DNA from: the human T2T-CHM13v2.0 reference genome, Homo sapiens
NCBI RefSeq assembly: GCF_009914755.1
Contig: NC_060931.1
DNA length: 64,000 bases
Reading direction: 5' to 3' (one strand)
The notes under the pieces are model-generated. The model searched no databases. It was given only the letters and a program-made list of their open reading frames with translations, and was not told the origin of the DNA. Shown in pieces: positions 1 to 13,354 of this stretch (its first letter is position 1; each line of letters opens with the position of its first letter). A program made the translations under genes and the position numbers.

Positions 1-372
<372 letters not shown>

Positions 373-1480
373 TCAATTTTATAGGGAAAATTAGGCAAAA
401 AAACACACCAAACATGTTTTGTTCCTTCATGAACTGATGCATAGTTATTATTACAACCTTTTTTTGTATGAAAATACTGGGGTTGAAATTTGCACTCTAA
501 ACTCATACATAAAGATAAACGTAGCTTTTTTATTGTTCTATATTCCACAAATCTACTAAAAGAGAAAAAAGATGAACTGCCAGTTAAAGGTAACTACATC
601 TCATTTTGTTTAAGAAACAATCTCTTTTTTTGTAAATATTCACTAAACTCTAAGTTCATACACTATGCATCTATTTCTCTCCATTTTGGTTTTCTTTCCA
701 GACCTTTTTCCTTTCCCAAGTTAGCGATTTTGCAGAGAGAAGCTTCTGTATCCTCAACCTCAAGGAATTAGAAAAGGAAACCAGTACCAAGAACTATCTC
801 CTTGTGCCCTTCTCTCCCCACGGCCTCCATCTCTGAGCTTATAGATTGACCCTAAATGTCTGAATAACTTTGGTCAGGTCTACAAAGTATTGTATGGTTC
901 CGTGGGAGCTCAGCCACCCCAAGGAATAATGCACCTCTCTCTGTAGTAACAGTCCCAGCAGAAACTGAGTTTGGCTGCCACTCTGGTTATCATCTCAGTT
1001 TAGGAGGGCCACCTTTTTTCTACAAGGTCCCTTTTTTCCTCTCTGAAGCAACATTTTCTACCCGAAGTCAATAATTGTCTTTCGTGGCTCCCTTCATGAC
1101 CTCCATGGGAAAGAAGAGGGACAGATACTGGTAGCTTCAGAATATTCCATGATATCTACATAGTCTACGGGAATTAAATCGTGTTAAGTCAGTCCCAACA
1201 ATCCATAGACTTCCATCTACAAGCCTGCACTGTGTTGGGTTTCTCTGGAGGGGTTTAGAAATTCTCTAAGAAGCACAGGTGATAGATTTTCACTGAAAAT
1301 TTTCTATCAAACCCATCTGGTATTCCTGTAAGCGTGCAATTACTTACCCACTCCCCTTCAGAGAGTCATTCCTTTTGACAGAAGTAAAATGCTTAGGTCT
1401 TACACACATACATGCACACAGACTCAGCCACAAAATGACTTTCTATTTTATCTTCATGTCTGGTAGGAGTTGCTCCAGGT

Positions 1481-1669
1481 CAGTGACTCTCCAGCCTCAG
1501 GGAACATCAGAATCATCTGGAGGGCTTCTTAAAGCACAGATCACTGGACCCCATTCCCAGAGTTTCTAATCCAGTATGGCTGGGGCAGAGCCGGAGAATC
1601 TGCAGACTAACAAGCACGCACATTGATATGGGTGCTGCTGTTCTGGGGACTGTGCTTAGAGAACCAGGG
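1481..1669. mobile_element. MER5A-like hAT-Charlie MITE
   Basis: Starts CAGTGACTCTC; contains CATCAGAATCATCTGGAGGGCTT and GAATCTGCA; ends GAGAACCA. Matches the remembered MER5A layout. Confidence 0.7.
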
Positions 1670-1674
1670 CACTG

Positions 1675-1835
1675 GGCCTTGCTGCTCAAGGTGTAGTTCA
1701 TGGCCAAATAGATGAGCATCACTGAGGCATGGTTTAGAAATTCAGAGTCTCAGAACCCACACAGACCTACAGAGCCAGAGCCTGCATTTAAACAAGATTT
1801 TCAAGTGAAGGCACATTGAAGTTGGAGAAGCACTG
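1675..1835. mobile_element. MER5B-like hAT-Charlie MITE
   Basis: GCTGCTCAAGGTGT...TTAGAAATTCAGAGTCTCAG...CTGCATTTAAACAAGAT...GCACATTGAAGTTGGAGAAGCACTG. Confidence 0.7.
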
Positions 1836-1912
1836 CTCTAGGTGATATTTTCTTCTTTTTTATTTTATGATCTTTGATACTACTCTCCCATGTCTGGACA
1901 ATAAACTTCATG

Positions 1913-1969
1913 CTTTAGCCTATATGCAGACATAGCCTATATGCAGACTTTAGCCTATATGCAGACTTT
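1913..1969. repeat. 3 x 17-18 bp tandem repeat (CTTTAGCCTATATGCAGA)
   Basis: Units read directly at 1913-1930, 1931-1947 and 1948-1965. Confidence 0.95.
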
Positions 1970-2049
1970 GCTCCTAGATGAGCAAAGAGAAAATACATTT
2001 CAGAAACATAATTCCCAATTCATAAAATAAACCAATTTTCAGATTTTTG

Positions 2050-3570
2050 TTATTACATTTTTTTCTCCACAATTGACTATGAAATCTTGCTTTCCTATTT
2101 TAAGTGAACTAAGTTTGGTACAAACATGGAACCTCTGATATATTTTCTAATCTACTAAAAGTCTTATTTTACATATTTAAGTAAAGTTATTTAGTTTTCA
2201 CTATATTGGTCTAGACTATATAGTTCTTATTTTTAGTTTGTTTTTTAGTTTGCCTCTTGGCTGGATCTTTTTCCATTATCTTCCATACAATATTGTTAGT
2301 ATATGGTTATTGCTCTTTACAGCCATTGTTTTTATTGTTTCAACGGTCATTTTGAAACAAGCACTTAGCGAACAATCTTATCCATTCCAATGTATTGCAT
2401 TCCTTATTCATAACTCATGTGTACTATTCCTAACAGAATTTTGGTTGTTTGTTTAATCAGTGCAGAATTTTAGAAAAGTGGGAATTTTTTTCTTTCAAGG
2501 AACTACCTTCAAGATGGAACGTTTCTATTCTTGTTCCTATGTTTTAATGTTACTTTCTGATTTTATTTTTATTATTGCTCTTCTGCCTCTTTTCAGGTAA
2601 TGTCTTTAATTTATCTGGTACTAATGATATAACCATATTTTTGTTTGACTTATCCTGTCTTGTTTTTAAACATACTATATCTTTTGTTTTAAATATGGTC
2701 AAAGCATTGTAAACACTAGGCAGTGGAGTTTTTATCTGATTAATCAAATTTGAGACTTTCTGAAACTTTTATGATGGGATTTTAGTCCATTCACATTTAT
2801 TATCAATGCTGCTAAACTTGGCATAATACTGTCATCTTGGTTTTTTGCTTTTTAAAAAATGTTTACTTGACATTTATTTTCTCCTTTAAAATTTTTAGTT
2901 TATTTTCCTTTAGCTATTCAGAAATTGTGCTCATTTATTTGAAATAGTTATTACTTTCCCTTTTTAAAACCACTTGAATCTAAATGTCCCTAATTATCAG
3001 TGTTAATAATGTAATCACATCTGTTAATTTGCACCTATGTTACAGAAGAAAATTAGCTCTTTTATTTCAAATCACTTCCTCATTTTGTCATATAATTGGA
3101 ATTTTAGAGAATGTTATTTGTTTTAACTTGTGTTCCTTTAATAATTAAAAATAGAAAAATAAATCTTAGATATTAAAAAATAAACATTGATAATATTTAT
3201 TCTGTTAATATCGATCAACAGATCTAACCAAAATTATAACAAAACTGGAAAATGGAGGAAGAATTGCACATGCTTATTATGGGGACAGTGGGACTGTAGG
3301 GACAGAAAGCTAAATTCACTTCATTCTATGAAAAATCAGTAGATAACTTCTGAAAATGAAAAAGTAGAAATAGCAATGTCCAAATACTACTTAGAGATGT
3401 AGATGCAAAAGCCAGAAAATAAATCAACTTAAAAATGTAAGTTGGGAATATAATATGAGAAAAGAGAAAAAGAACTTCAATATTTTATGACAAAAACTTG
3501 TAGGACCATTTCACTATTTAAACAAAGTACATTCATAACTTTAAAAAATAAAAATTAAATTTAAAAAATA
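2050..3570. mobile_element. Highly diverged old L1 (L1M) fragments, probably both orientations
   Basis: T-rich stretch (~2050-3130) followed by an A-rich stretch (~3140-3570) with old L1 3'-region-like wording. No exact subfamily match recognised. Confidence 0.4.
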
Positions 3571-3984
3571 AATTGCACAGGTTATTGCAGTACAAAGATA
3601 GCAAACTGGCACTGACTTCACTATATTTTCTTTTAGAGCATCTATATGTGCAATCCATTATTAACTATACAAAACAAATGCTTTCTAAAGTTTCTTCATG
3701 CTTTTTGGTAATAAATTTTAACTTAAAGAATACTCTATCTCCACCTTGAGTACTATCCTCACTTTTACTGACAAGTATTTCATAGGCATAATATTGCTGT
3801 TTGACTTTCTGCTTCCTCAGAAGTGATGAACGGAAGTCTTCTCCCCAAACCAAGAATTAAACCAGAGGCAGCATTCTTTAAGATTTCCCTCCTTTTCCAC
3901 CTTGTTGTTTCAGAATTCTCCCAATAGATGTTAAGCCAAAAGTTTGGCCAATATAAGTTTATATCATTATTTCATATATCATTA

Positions 3985-4402
3985 TGATAGATGCAGGAGG
4001 CAGATAAAGGAGGGTCCCCAGAGAATCTCCGACCTGCCCCACAAGTGTTTACATTAGATGATTTTTTGCAGATGAGGGAACCTGCCCAGGGTTTTGTCTG
4101 GGCATGCCCACAATGAACTGGGGTCCACCTGCACACTGGGAGAATGGGGTGGGCACCAGAAATTCATGCTTTATGCAGCAGGGAGGAGCCTGGCCCCTTC
4201 AGCTCCTGAGTGGTGGCCTGGTATTCAATCTGTGAGGCGGGAGCCTATTGGCAAGACCCCCTCTTTCTTTGCTGAGAGTTTCCTTTTCACCTAATAAACC
4301 CACCTCCTCACCCTTTAAAGTGTCCATGTGCCTAATTTTTCCTGGCTGTGAGACAAGTACCTGGATTTTAGCTAACCTAAGGAGCAAAAAAATCCTGCAT
4401 CA
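3985..4402 (+). mobile_element. ERV1-class solo LTR (LTR1/LTR27/LTR28/MER52-like group)
   Basis: TG...CA termini (TGATAGATGCAGGA ... TCCTGCATCA), AATAAA at 4293-4298, perfect 4-bp TSD ATTA (3981-3984 / 4403-4406), the TSD length typical of ERV1. Confidence 0.88.
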
Positions 4403-4644
4403 ATTATTTCAATAATTTGGCAGTCTGTGAGAAGAGGTGAGAATGTAGGCTCTGGGAATTACCAGCACTGGAAACTGATTTCAATACTATTTCTTCTCTA
4501 GTGATGCTTCTGACTGGCACTTTTCCTGATGCTGTCACCTATATTGTCAGAAATAAACCTCCATCTGCTGCTGACTTTCTCCTTATAGTGTTCAGTGGGA
4601 AAAACTTGGGTTTATTATGAACACTTTATTAATCTTTGTTTATC

Positions 4645-4755
4645 TATAGAGAAAAAGAATCTCCAAATGTCCTTCCAGATAATCTTCATTTACATATAGA
4701 GAAAAAGAATATCCAAATGTCCTTCCAGATAATCTTCATTTACATATAGAGAAAA
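4645..4755. repeat. 50-bp tandem duplication (2 copies plus a partial third)
   Basis: 4645-4694 and 4695-4744 differ at one base (4661 C / 4711 A). Confidence 0.97.
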
Positions 4756-4850
4756 TGATTCCCCAAATTTGTTAAGTCATGCCTGACTCCTGCATCATTT
4801 TCAAAGCAGAGATAGTAAAGAGGAGCTGCTAAATAATACACATAGAGTTC

Positions 4851-5212
4851 CGTCTTAGTTAGCTCAGGCTGCTGGAGTAAAAATACCAGAAACTGGGTAG
4901 TTTAGACAACAAACACTTAATTCTTATAGTTCTGGAAGCTGGAAAGTCCAAGATCAAGGCCTGGTTTCTTGTCAGGAGGACCTGCTTCCTGACTTGCAGA
5001 TATCTACCTTCTTGCTGTATCCTCTCAAGGGAGGGGTGAGGGTAAGCCCTCTTCTGTATCTTCTTATAAGGACACTAATCTCACCATAAGGGCTCCACCC
5101 TTGTCACTTATCCACCTCCCGCTCCAAGGTAGTATCTACAAATACCATCACAATGGGGAACAGGATTTCAATATATGAATTTTGAGGGGACACAAACATT
5201 CAGTCTATAAGA
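4851..5212 (-). mobile_element. MLT1A-like MaLR solo LTR
   Basis: GTCTTAGT...TTCTGGAAGCTGGAAAGTCCAAGATCAAGG...TGAATTTTGAGGGGACACAAACATTCAGTC; degraded 5-bp TSD AGTTC/ATTTC. Confidence 0.8.
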
Positions 5213-5643
5213 ATTTCTTTCATTAAGGGGGATCTGAGTCCTCTCTGGCAAAAGTCAGTTATTTAATAGTATGCAGGGCTCTGAAAACCACTATTAATGA
5301 GTTACAAAGTAAAAAAGTATTAAGATATTAACAACTTATATGCCCTCATCCCTTCTCTGGCTTCTCAGAGGCAAACATTCTTACATTTGGGGTCACCTTC
5401 TGAGTTAATTTTATCATGCAAAATCTGTGTAAGAGAGTGAAGAGAAAATAAAACAAGAACAACAAAAAAGGCCAAAGAAAACATTAGCTAGAGAATCAGA
5501 AAAGATTCTCATGAATTGGTATCAAGGAAGCTTCTAGAATTAGAATTTGAGAGTGTAAAAGAGAGTTTTGAGGAATGACTGGCATCATTGGATAGGGTAT
5601 AAAGACTGGTAGTTACAGGTAGGAGGAATTTTACATTAATAAT

Positions 5644-6098
5644 TGTAACGGGCTGAATTGTGTTCTCCAAAAGATATGTGCATGTCCTAATCCCTGCGAC
5701 TGTTACCTGATTTTGAAAAAGTCTTTGTAGATATAATTAAGTTAAGGATCTTGAGATAAGAAGACTATCTTGGATTACCTGGGTGGACTCTAAATGCCAT
5801 CACAAGTGTCCTTATAAGAGAAAGGGAGTAAGAAATTACACAACACGCAGAAGGCAATGTGAAGATGCAGGCAGAGACTGGAGTAATTCATCCACAAGCC
5901 AAAGAATACCCGAAGCCACCAGAAGCTAGAAGAGTCAAAAAAAAGAAAAAAAAAATTCTCTTCTAGACCCCTCAGATGGAGTGCTGCTCTACTGACACCT
6001 TAATTTCAGATGTTTAGCCTCTATAACTGAGAGAATCAATTGCTGTAAGCTACCGAGTTAGTGGAAATTTGGTAAGGCAGACCCCCAAAATGAACACA
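5644..6098 (+). mobile_element. MLT1C-like MaLR solo LTR
   Basis: TGTAACGGGCTGAATTGTG...AAGTTAAGGATCTTGAGAT...CACAAGTGTCCTTATAAGAG...ACA; perfect 5-bp TSD ATAAT (5639-5643 / 6099-6103). Confidence 0.85.
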
Positions 6099-6255
6099 AT
6101 AATGCATTCTCAAAATCAATACAATATTTGTTGACAATTTTCAAGGGATGTGGTAAGAATTTGAGGTATTTTTAATTATACTTTAGCTACCAACCCCTAT
6201 TTCTTTAAATACGGTTTAAGGTTGGAGCCAAGTAAAGGGATTGAGTCATTGTACA

Positions 6256-6476
6256 GAATAACAACTAGTATTAACTGAATGTTTCCAATATGCAGACACT
6301 TTTCTGGGCACTGTACATACATTAATTCTCTTTTTCACCAAAGAAAAATTTGAGGCTTAGGGGTTTTAGCAACTTACCCAAGATCACAGAGAAAGTGGTC
6401 ATTAGTAGAACTATAATTGAAACCAAGGTCTTCTGAATTTGAAACCCAGTCTCTTAGTGGCACTACATTGCTTCTC
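6256..6476 (-). mobile_element. MIR SINE
   Basis: Reverse MIR core TGAGGCTTAG...AACTTACCCAAGATCACA. Confidence 0.65.
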
Positions 6477-6989
6477 ATTTCAATTTGCAGCCGAGGGAGG
6501 AATTAGATGCTATGTGCCTGTGCTTTTCTTATCTAAGTGTCTTCCTCCCTTTTATCAATTAAAATATTAAAATTATATTTTAGTTCATATGAAAATTTAT
6601 CTAAAGTTATCCACTGATATTGTATCAACACAACTTTGGAAAAATACAAATGTCTCTGCTACCTGGGGTCTCCAATGTTGGTATTAGAGGTACCCAGTCT
6701 GCTGTTTCCAACACCATGCTGTTCCCTAACTCTGAGAACCTTCCCCTTCTCCTCTTGACCAGATTACTCTTAAGAGTTACCTCTAGGATCTCCCTGGGAC
6801 CCTCACTCATTAACTCTGCTTTTTACCTTCATAACACTTATGAAATCATTTTTTAGGATGACTATTGTCTAAACCAGAACATTTTTTGAAACTAAAAGAG
6901 GTATCTGTAGGTTAATTATACAAGGAAGTATGGTCACTCTAGCTATTTATTTAATGGGCTGGGTATGTTGTCCCTGTCTTTCCTTTGGA

Positions 6990-7104
6990 ACTATAAGTAC
7001 TGGAGGAGAGAGATATGATTTATTTCTGCTCTTCATTTTATCCCCAATGCCTGGAAGAGTGGCTGGCACTCAGTGAATACTCAATAAATACCTGATGAAT
7101 GAAT
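6990..7104 (+). mobile_element. L2 3' end fragment
   Basis: TATCCCCAATGCCTGGAA...TGGCAC...TCAATAAATA...TGAATGAAT terminal motif. Confidence 0.7.
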
Positions 7105-10100
7105 TCATATCAACCTTGATAATGTGAGAGAATTTTTTATATGGCGGCGAGAGGCATGATTGATATTCTTACAGTATATGGTAAAAATTATTTAAGATTC
7201 TTAAGTACCTATCCTGGAAAAATACTGGAATTATGAAGTGATTTACATTACTGAAAATTACCTAGGCCAAGGTATAATGAACATGTCCAAATCGGATTAA
7301 CACCAACTTACATAAGGCTATTGTAGCACAATGAGGCAGGTACTTCTTTGCTTGGGCACAGCACAACCACAAACACTTGCTATGGCAAGTCAGACTTTCA
7401 TCTCATCCAATTTGATCTTGTTCCTAGAGCCACAGGCTGAGTCACCTCTAATATGTAATCCAATTTATTGTAGCACTCTACACTGAGAATTCTGTTGCTC
7501 AGAATTCTGTAAAACATTAAAACACGTTTCGCACTTTCAGAAAAAAATATTAAAATGTTTAGAAGGCCATGGAGATTATCTTTAATCTACAATCTTGCTA
7601 AAAGAGCTAAAGCTCTTGCATGACTCTTAGTAAATTGGTACATAAAATGTTAAGTTCCTTGTCTGTAAGCCAGTACTTCCATAGAGCCCCCTACTATGTT
7701 ATTTTGTCACCTTCGGAAAGACTTACTTTAGGTTTTTAAAATAAAAACAAATGACATCCAAGTTTCATTCTTAAAAAGAATGACTCCAATAGCCCTTTCT
7801 AATAAACTATTACTCAGAAGCAGATATAGATCGAATGCGTATCTTATCAAATAACTTCCAAAATTTTGCCTTCTTTACTTGTCTGAGCTGCTTGAAAGCA
7901 TGATGGGCACCACATAAATAGATGTACAGATCATCTTGACTGCAGGCTTGTAATTGGGCCATTAATAAGAACTAAGTGGCAGTGTGCACTTTTCCTGAGA
8001 AAATATGATAAGGGTGGCACAGAAAATCTGGCATCTTTACAGTCCCATTACCGGCTCCAGAAAAAAGTCTTGGCTGAATTGAAGCAGAAAAACAATTTAC
8101 CACATCACCAGTTGAAGCAGGATGTTCCAGCTCATCCAGTCTACTTACTGTACATTTTACTCTCTCCTCCAAGAGGCTTAGAAATCGTTCACGGTCAGAT
8201 AACTAGTTATCCAAAGATAGACCCACAAGCACAATGTAGGCGAGGTAGATGCTTGTACTGATTTAGCTCCAGCCTATCATGGTTGAGCTGCTCAACCTCT
8301 AAGGAAGTAAAAAGATAAGGAATAAGCTCTATAGACCAGAAACTTAGTTTATACTTTAGAAGAGAGGGAACCTGAGACATGAAAATTTGTAATTAAATAA
8401 AGGATGCTCTCTCCATGTATCTCTCTCGCTCTCAAAATCTCTTTTCTCCTAAAACATAAATAAGTAAAATATATTATCTCTGAAAATTCAACATAAAATA
8501 TTTATGGCATACATCTTTGTACATTGTTCTTTAGAAATACCTGTCCATGATATTATGAATTTAAAAAGATTACACATCTGTGTTGGATAACATACTTAAT
8601 CCTAATAAAATTGAACAATGTTAGAGGTTAAATGTTGAAACAAAAGGAAGTAGAATCAAAACACTCGGTCTTTACTTGAAAGGCTCTCTGAAGAGGTTGA
8701 TCAATGGAAAGATATTCAAGTATGGAAATCAATCCAGCTGTCAGGAGAGTTTTACTCTTGTCCTTTAGAAAAGGTTAATAAGAATTTATTATTAATGGGC
8801 CTGAACTTATGGCTCTAAATGAAATGTGAGTAACAGTAGTAAGCCAGATACATCATTTAAGAAGTAAAGTAATTGCATGGGGTTATTTCTGGGGCAGTAA
8901 ATGACTTACCTCATCCTAGTGCAACACAGAAGTGAGAAGCACTTTCCTCACCAGATGAAAGACAGTCAAGTCATACTTTCTTGATGGTAGCCCTGAAGCA
9001 CTCAGCTTCTCTACCACATTAGTGACCATCTGCACTCTGAGAGCAACAGACTGTCCCATGATGTGACCACTTTGATGTGTCATGGCCAGATGATAGGACA
9101 TATTTTATTCATAGCCTGATCTTTCTCTAAACAACTTGTCTTAGTTTTGCTCACAAATTATATTTTTCTGAATACTCTGTATTAACACTAACATGGATTT
9201 GTAGAGTAAAAACAGTACATTACATGCTAATATCTAATCTTCTATTACTTCATTTCTTTCCAAATCATACGCCTTTAAAACCACACCATCATAGTGTCAT
9301 CATCTGTAAGATTCTGTACTATTTAAGTTATACACCAGTTATATTGCTATTCACTTTAAGTAATCAGTATGGTGATTTCAGACTAAGGATTTGCTGATGA
9401 ATATGAATTTTGTCTCTTCTTTATTCCCCAACTACACTTTTATAGAGTTATTCATCACAATTTTAACAGAGGGTATAACATCCTAGGAGAGAGATAGTCT
9501 TTGGAAGTTACAAATCAAATAATAAGCTCCTACAAACTTTTAAGCACTCTATTTAAAGAATTAACATCTACTAATATTAAATTATATTCTTCCCCACTGA
9601 GCTTCATCACTACTAAGGGAAAATAAAATTTAGAAAATAGCTTTTCTTAAATTAAAGAAAAAAAACTTTCTCCTTAGGACAGAAAGCATATGTGATTAAT
9701 CTATTTTAACTTGCTTCTTCAGAAAGTCAATAAAGGATGAAAGTATTGATGTAAAGAAAGATGGCTGTAAGTGGTAGGACAGATCTCCTTTGCATTTAAA
9801 ACCCATAGCACTTTCTAAAAACAGATATGTACATTTTAAAATATTATTTTATCATTTTGTGTACAGAATTACAAAGCAAGATTTTCATTCTTGATTAGTC
9901 AAAAAGTCAAGAGAGTGTAAGGCAATCTAATTTCCCATGCTTACATCAAGTCATATGGTGTATCTGATGTTGACTTCCCAAGGTCTTTAACAACAGTATA
10001 ACTGCCTGCTGCCATCTCTAAGTAGGGACACCAAATCTAAGTGGTCACACATGCTATTATAAGGCAGAGCTGCTCTAGATTGCATGGCGGCCCTACTCAG

Positions 10101-10126
10101 CACTAAATTGCCTAAAAAACAAATTC

Positions 10127-10908
10127 TTTTTTTCTCAGCTTTATTAAGGTAATTGACTAACAAAAATGTATATATTTATGGTGTACAACGTGATTTTAAT
10201 ATATGTATACATTATGGAATGATTAAATCAAGTTAATTAACATATACATTACCTCCTTCACACACTTAACATTTTTTGTGGTAAGAACATTTAAGATCTA
10301 CTCTCTCATTTCAAGTGTGCAACACATTATGATTAACTGTGATCACTATGCTGCACATTTTATCTCCAGAACCTATTCATCCTTTCTAACTGAAACTTTG
10401 TTCCATTTTACAAACGGGTGCCCCCAACAACCCCTCTTCCCAGTCTTTGGTAAACACCATTCCACTCTCTGTTTCTATAAGTTCAACTTTTTTAGATTCT
10501 ACATATAAGTAAGATCATGCAGTATTTGTCTTTCGGTGTCTGGCTTATTTCACTTAGTATAATGTTCTCCAGATTCATCCATGTTGCCATAAACGACAAG
10601 ATTTCCTTCTTTTTAAGGCTGAATAATATTTCTTTGTGTGTCTGTTACATACTTTCTTCATGCATTCATTTGTCAATAAACACTTAGGCTGATTCCATAT
10701 CTTGGCCATTGTGAATAATGCTGCAATGAGCATAGGAATGCAGATTATCTCTTCAAAATACTGATTGCATTTCCTTTGGATATATACCAAAACTGGGATT
10801 GCTGGATCATATGGAAATTCTATTTTTAATTTTTTTAGGAACCTCCATACTGTTTTCCATAATGGCTTAACTAACTTACATTCCCACTAACAACGTACAT
10901 GAGTTCAC
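10127..10908 (-). mobile_element. L1MA-type (L1MA8/9-like) 3' fragment
   Basis: Poly-T, then the reverse L1 3'UTR and ORF2 end (ORF 10575-10790: IPMLIAALFTMAKIWNQPKC). Degraded TSD TGCCTAAAAAACAAATT (10109) / TGCCTAAAAGACTAATC (10909). Confidence 0.88.
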
Positions 10909-11726
10909 TGCCTAAAAGACTAATCTTAAAGAATATAATTAGAATGCTTGCCCAACTTTTTCAAAAGGACTATCAAAGCTTGCATCTCATCAAGCCTTAC
11001 TTCTTTATTTGATTCAGTCATGACAAGAAGTCCAAATCTTTCAGATCATCCTTCATTCACAATCATATCTGCACACTCTCTAAACTGACCCAATTTTTGC
11101 CTTTCCCTTCCTTTCAAACTCTACCACTGGGCTACACTGTATTCTAAATATCTTCTCTAAGCTTCTCCTCACACTCATAACTGAAACCTATCTATGAAAA
11201 CTTTATTTGCCTTTTAGCCTTGCCCTGAATTGTGACTCTTTTTCTTCCTCCCATATTTCCATGCTATGCCACCCAGATGGGCCCTCCTGGAAGTGTACTG
11301 CTTGTTGCTTTCTTCCCAGTAATTGGTATTTTATTCATAAAAGTTTGGGCATCCTTGCAGGGCATTCCATCAACCCTGCACCCCACAAACACTCACACAC
11401 ACTACTAGTCTCCCTTGTTGTGCTTCTGTAATTACTCCTGGTCACAAACACTCATTTGTGACCATTTTAGCACCTAGATTACTATCTTACTCTGCTTGTC
11501 ATCATCCATATAAAATTACGTATTCAACTATTCACTTCTAGCACTCAAATATTCTACCCCGTCTCAGCTAACATTTTTCACTAATAAACGTACCACCCAC
11601 AAAATGTATATTTCTAGCATCCCATTTTCTCACCAAAACTTCCTAACTTTCCAGTTGTTTTACTTTAGTACCCTCACAGCCATCTTTATCCCCAATGGTA
11701 CTTCCAATCATATGACAATTCTTATT

Positions 11727-12360
11727 TGTATTAGTTTCCTATTGCTGCTATAATAAATTACCACAAACTTTGGAGTTAAAATAACATCCATTTGTTATTT
11801 TATAGTTTCTGTAGGTCAGAAGTCCAGGCACAGTATGGCTCAACTGGTTCTCTGCTTAGAGTCTCACAAGACCCAAATCAAGGTACTTGCTTTCCTAAAG
11901 GCTGTGGGGATGCTTCAACTTCCAAGCTCATTTAGGTTGCTGGCAGAATTCAGTTCCAAAAATTCCAAATGTAGTTCTAAGACTTGGGTCTGAGTTTCCT
12001 GCTGGCTGTTATCAGAGGTTGCTCTCAGCTTTTGAAATCCACCCATATTCACTGGCTTATGGTCTACTTTCTAATCTTCAAAGCTAGCAATTACAGATCA
12101 AGTCCTTGTATGCTTCAAATCTCTCTAACCTCCCTTCTGCCTCATCTCTCCTCTGCTTCCATCTAGAGAAGGTTCTCCACTTCGAAAGACTCATATGATT
12201 AGATTGTACCCACCCAGGTAATTCAGGAAAATCTCCCCATCCCAAAGTCTGTAACCTTAATCATACCTGCAAGATGCCTTTGCTACATAACATAACATAT
12301 TCACAGTTCTGGAGATTAGGAGTTGGGTGTCTTTGGGAGGGCATTATTATGCCCACCACA
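11727..12360 (-). mobile_element. MLT1E-like MaLR solo LTR inserted in L2
   Basis: TGTATTAGTTTCCTATTGCTGCT...TCTGTAGGTCAGAAGTCC...GTTGCTGGCAGAATTCAGTTCC...CATTATTATGCCCACCACA. Confidence 0.82.
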
Positions 12361-13047
12361 TCACTTTTTACTGCCCATAATTCCCCTGGTCTCCTCTTCT
12401 TTCACTTCTTACCCAGTTTAGATTTCATGAAATATCACAACAGTTCACCCTTCATAAAATTCCTCTTTCACTTTATCCCTTTCCTTCTATCTTATTTGTC
12501 TAGAAAAATCCTAATTCTGGCTAACAGCAACTTTACTCCAATTCTACACCTGTATCTAACAAACTGAGCATAAGTGGAGAAAAACATACCAGAATTAATA
12601 GCATAAATTGCATTTTAGTCCATGTATGCCAGCAACCCACTATGTATTTGTTGTAAATTCAGTATTCTACTCTTCAAGACAACTATTTCACATATTCTCC
12701 ACTCTCCACAAACCTCCAAACTCTCCTCCCTAATTCCTTCTCAGCAGATGATCTTGTTTCCAATTTCACTGAAAAAAATTGAGGCAACTAAAAGGGAATT
12801 ATCATCATATTACCATCATCATATGTAACCTACAGCCTACATGTTTTACTTCCCTACAGTTGATGAATTTTCTCTTCTCCTTCCCTTTTCTTATTTGAGG
12901 ATGGCCCCTCCAACAGTAGGCCTCTCCACTCATCTATATCACACCAGTCATAATACCAGCCTGGTGTATAATCACTCATCTTAATGATACTTTCCCTTAA
13001 TCACCCAATTTTTATTCCCATTTACAGAAAATTTTCTCAAAAGATAA

Positions 13048-13354
13048 TTTTTTTTATTTTTTTACTTTTTCTGAGATGGGATCTCACTCTGTAACCCAGG
13101 TTGGAGTACAGTGTCGCAGTCTCAGCTCACTGCAACCTCCACCTCCCAGGCTCATCAATCCTCCCACCTCAGCCTCCTGAGTAGCTGGGACCACAGGTGA
13201 ATGCGAACATGCCTGGCTAATTGTTTGTATTTTTAGTAGAGACAGGGTTTTGCCATGTTGCCCTGGCTGGTCTCAAACTCCCGAGTTCAAGCAATCTGCC
13301 TGCCTCGGCCTCCCAAAGTGCTGGGATTACAGGCGTGAGCCACCATGCCTAGGC
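13048..13354 (-). mobile_element. AluJ (Jb-like)
   Basis: Diverged reverse Alu with J-type ATCCTCCCACCTCAGCC; degraded TSD TCAAAAGATAATTT / TCAAATGAAAATTT. Confidence 0.9.
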
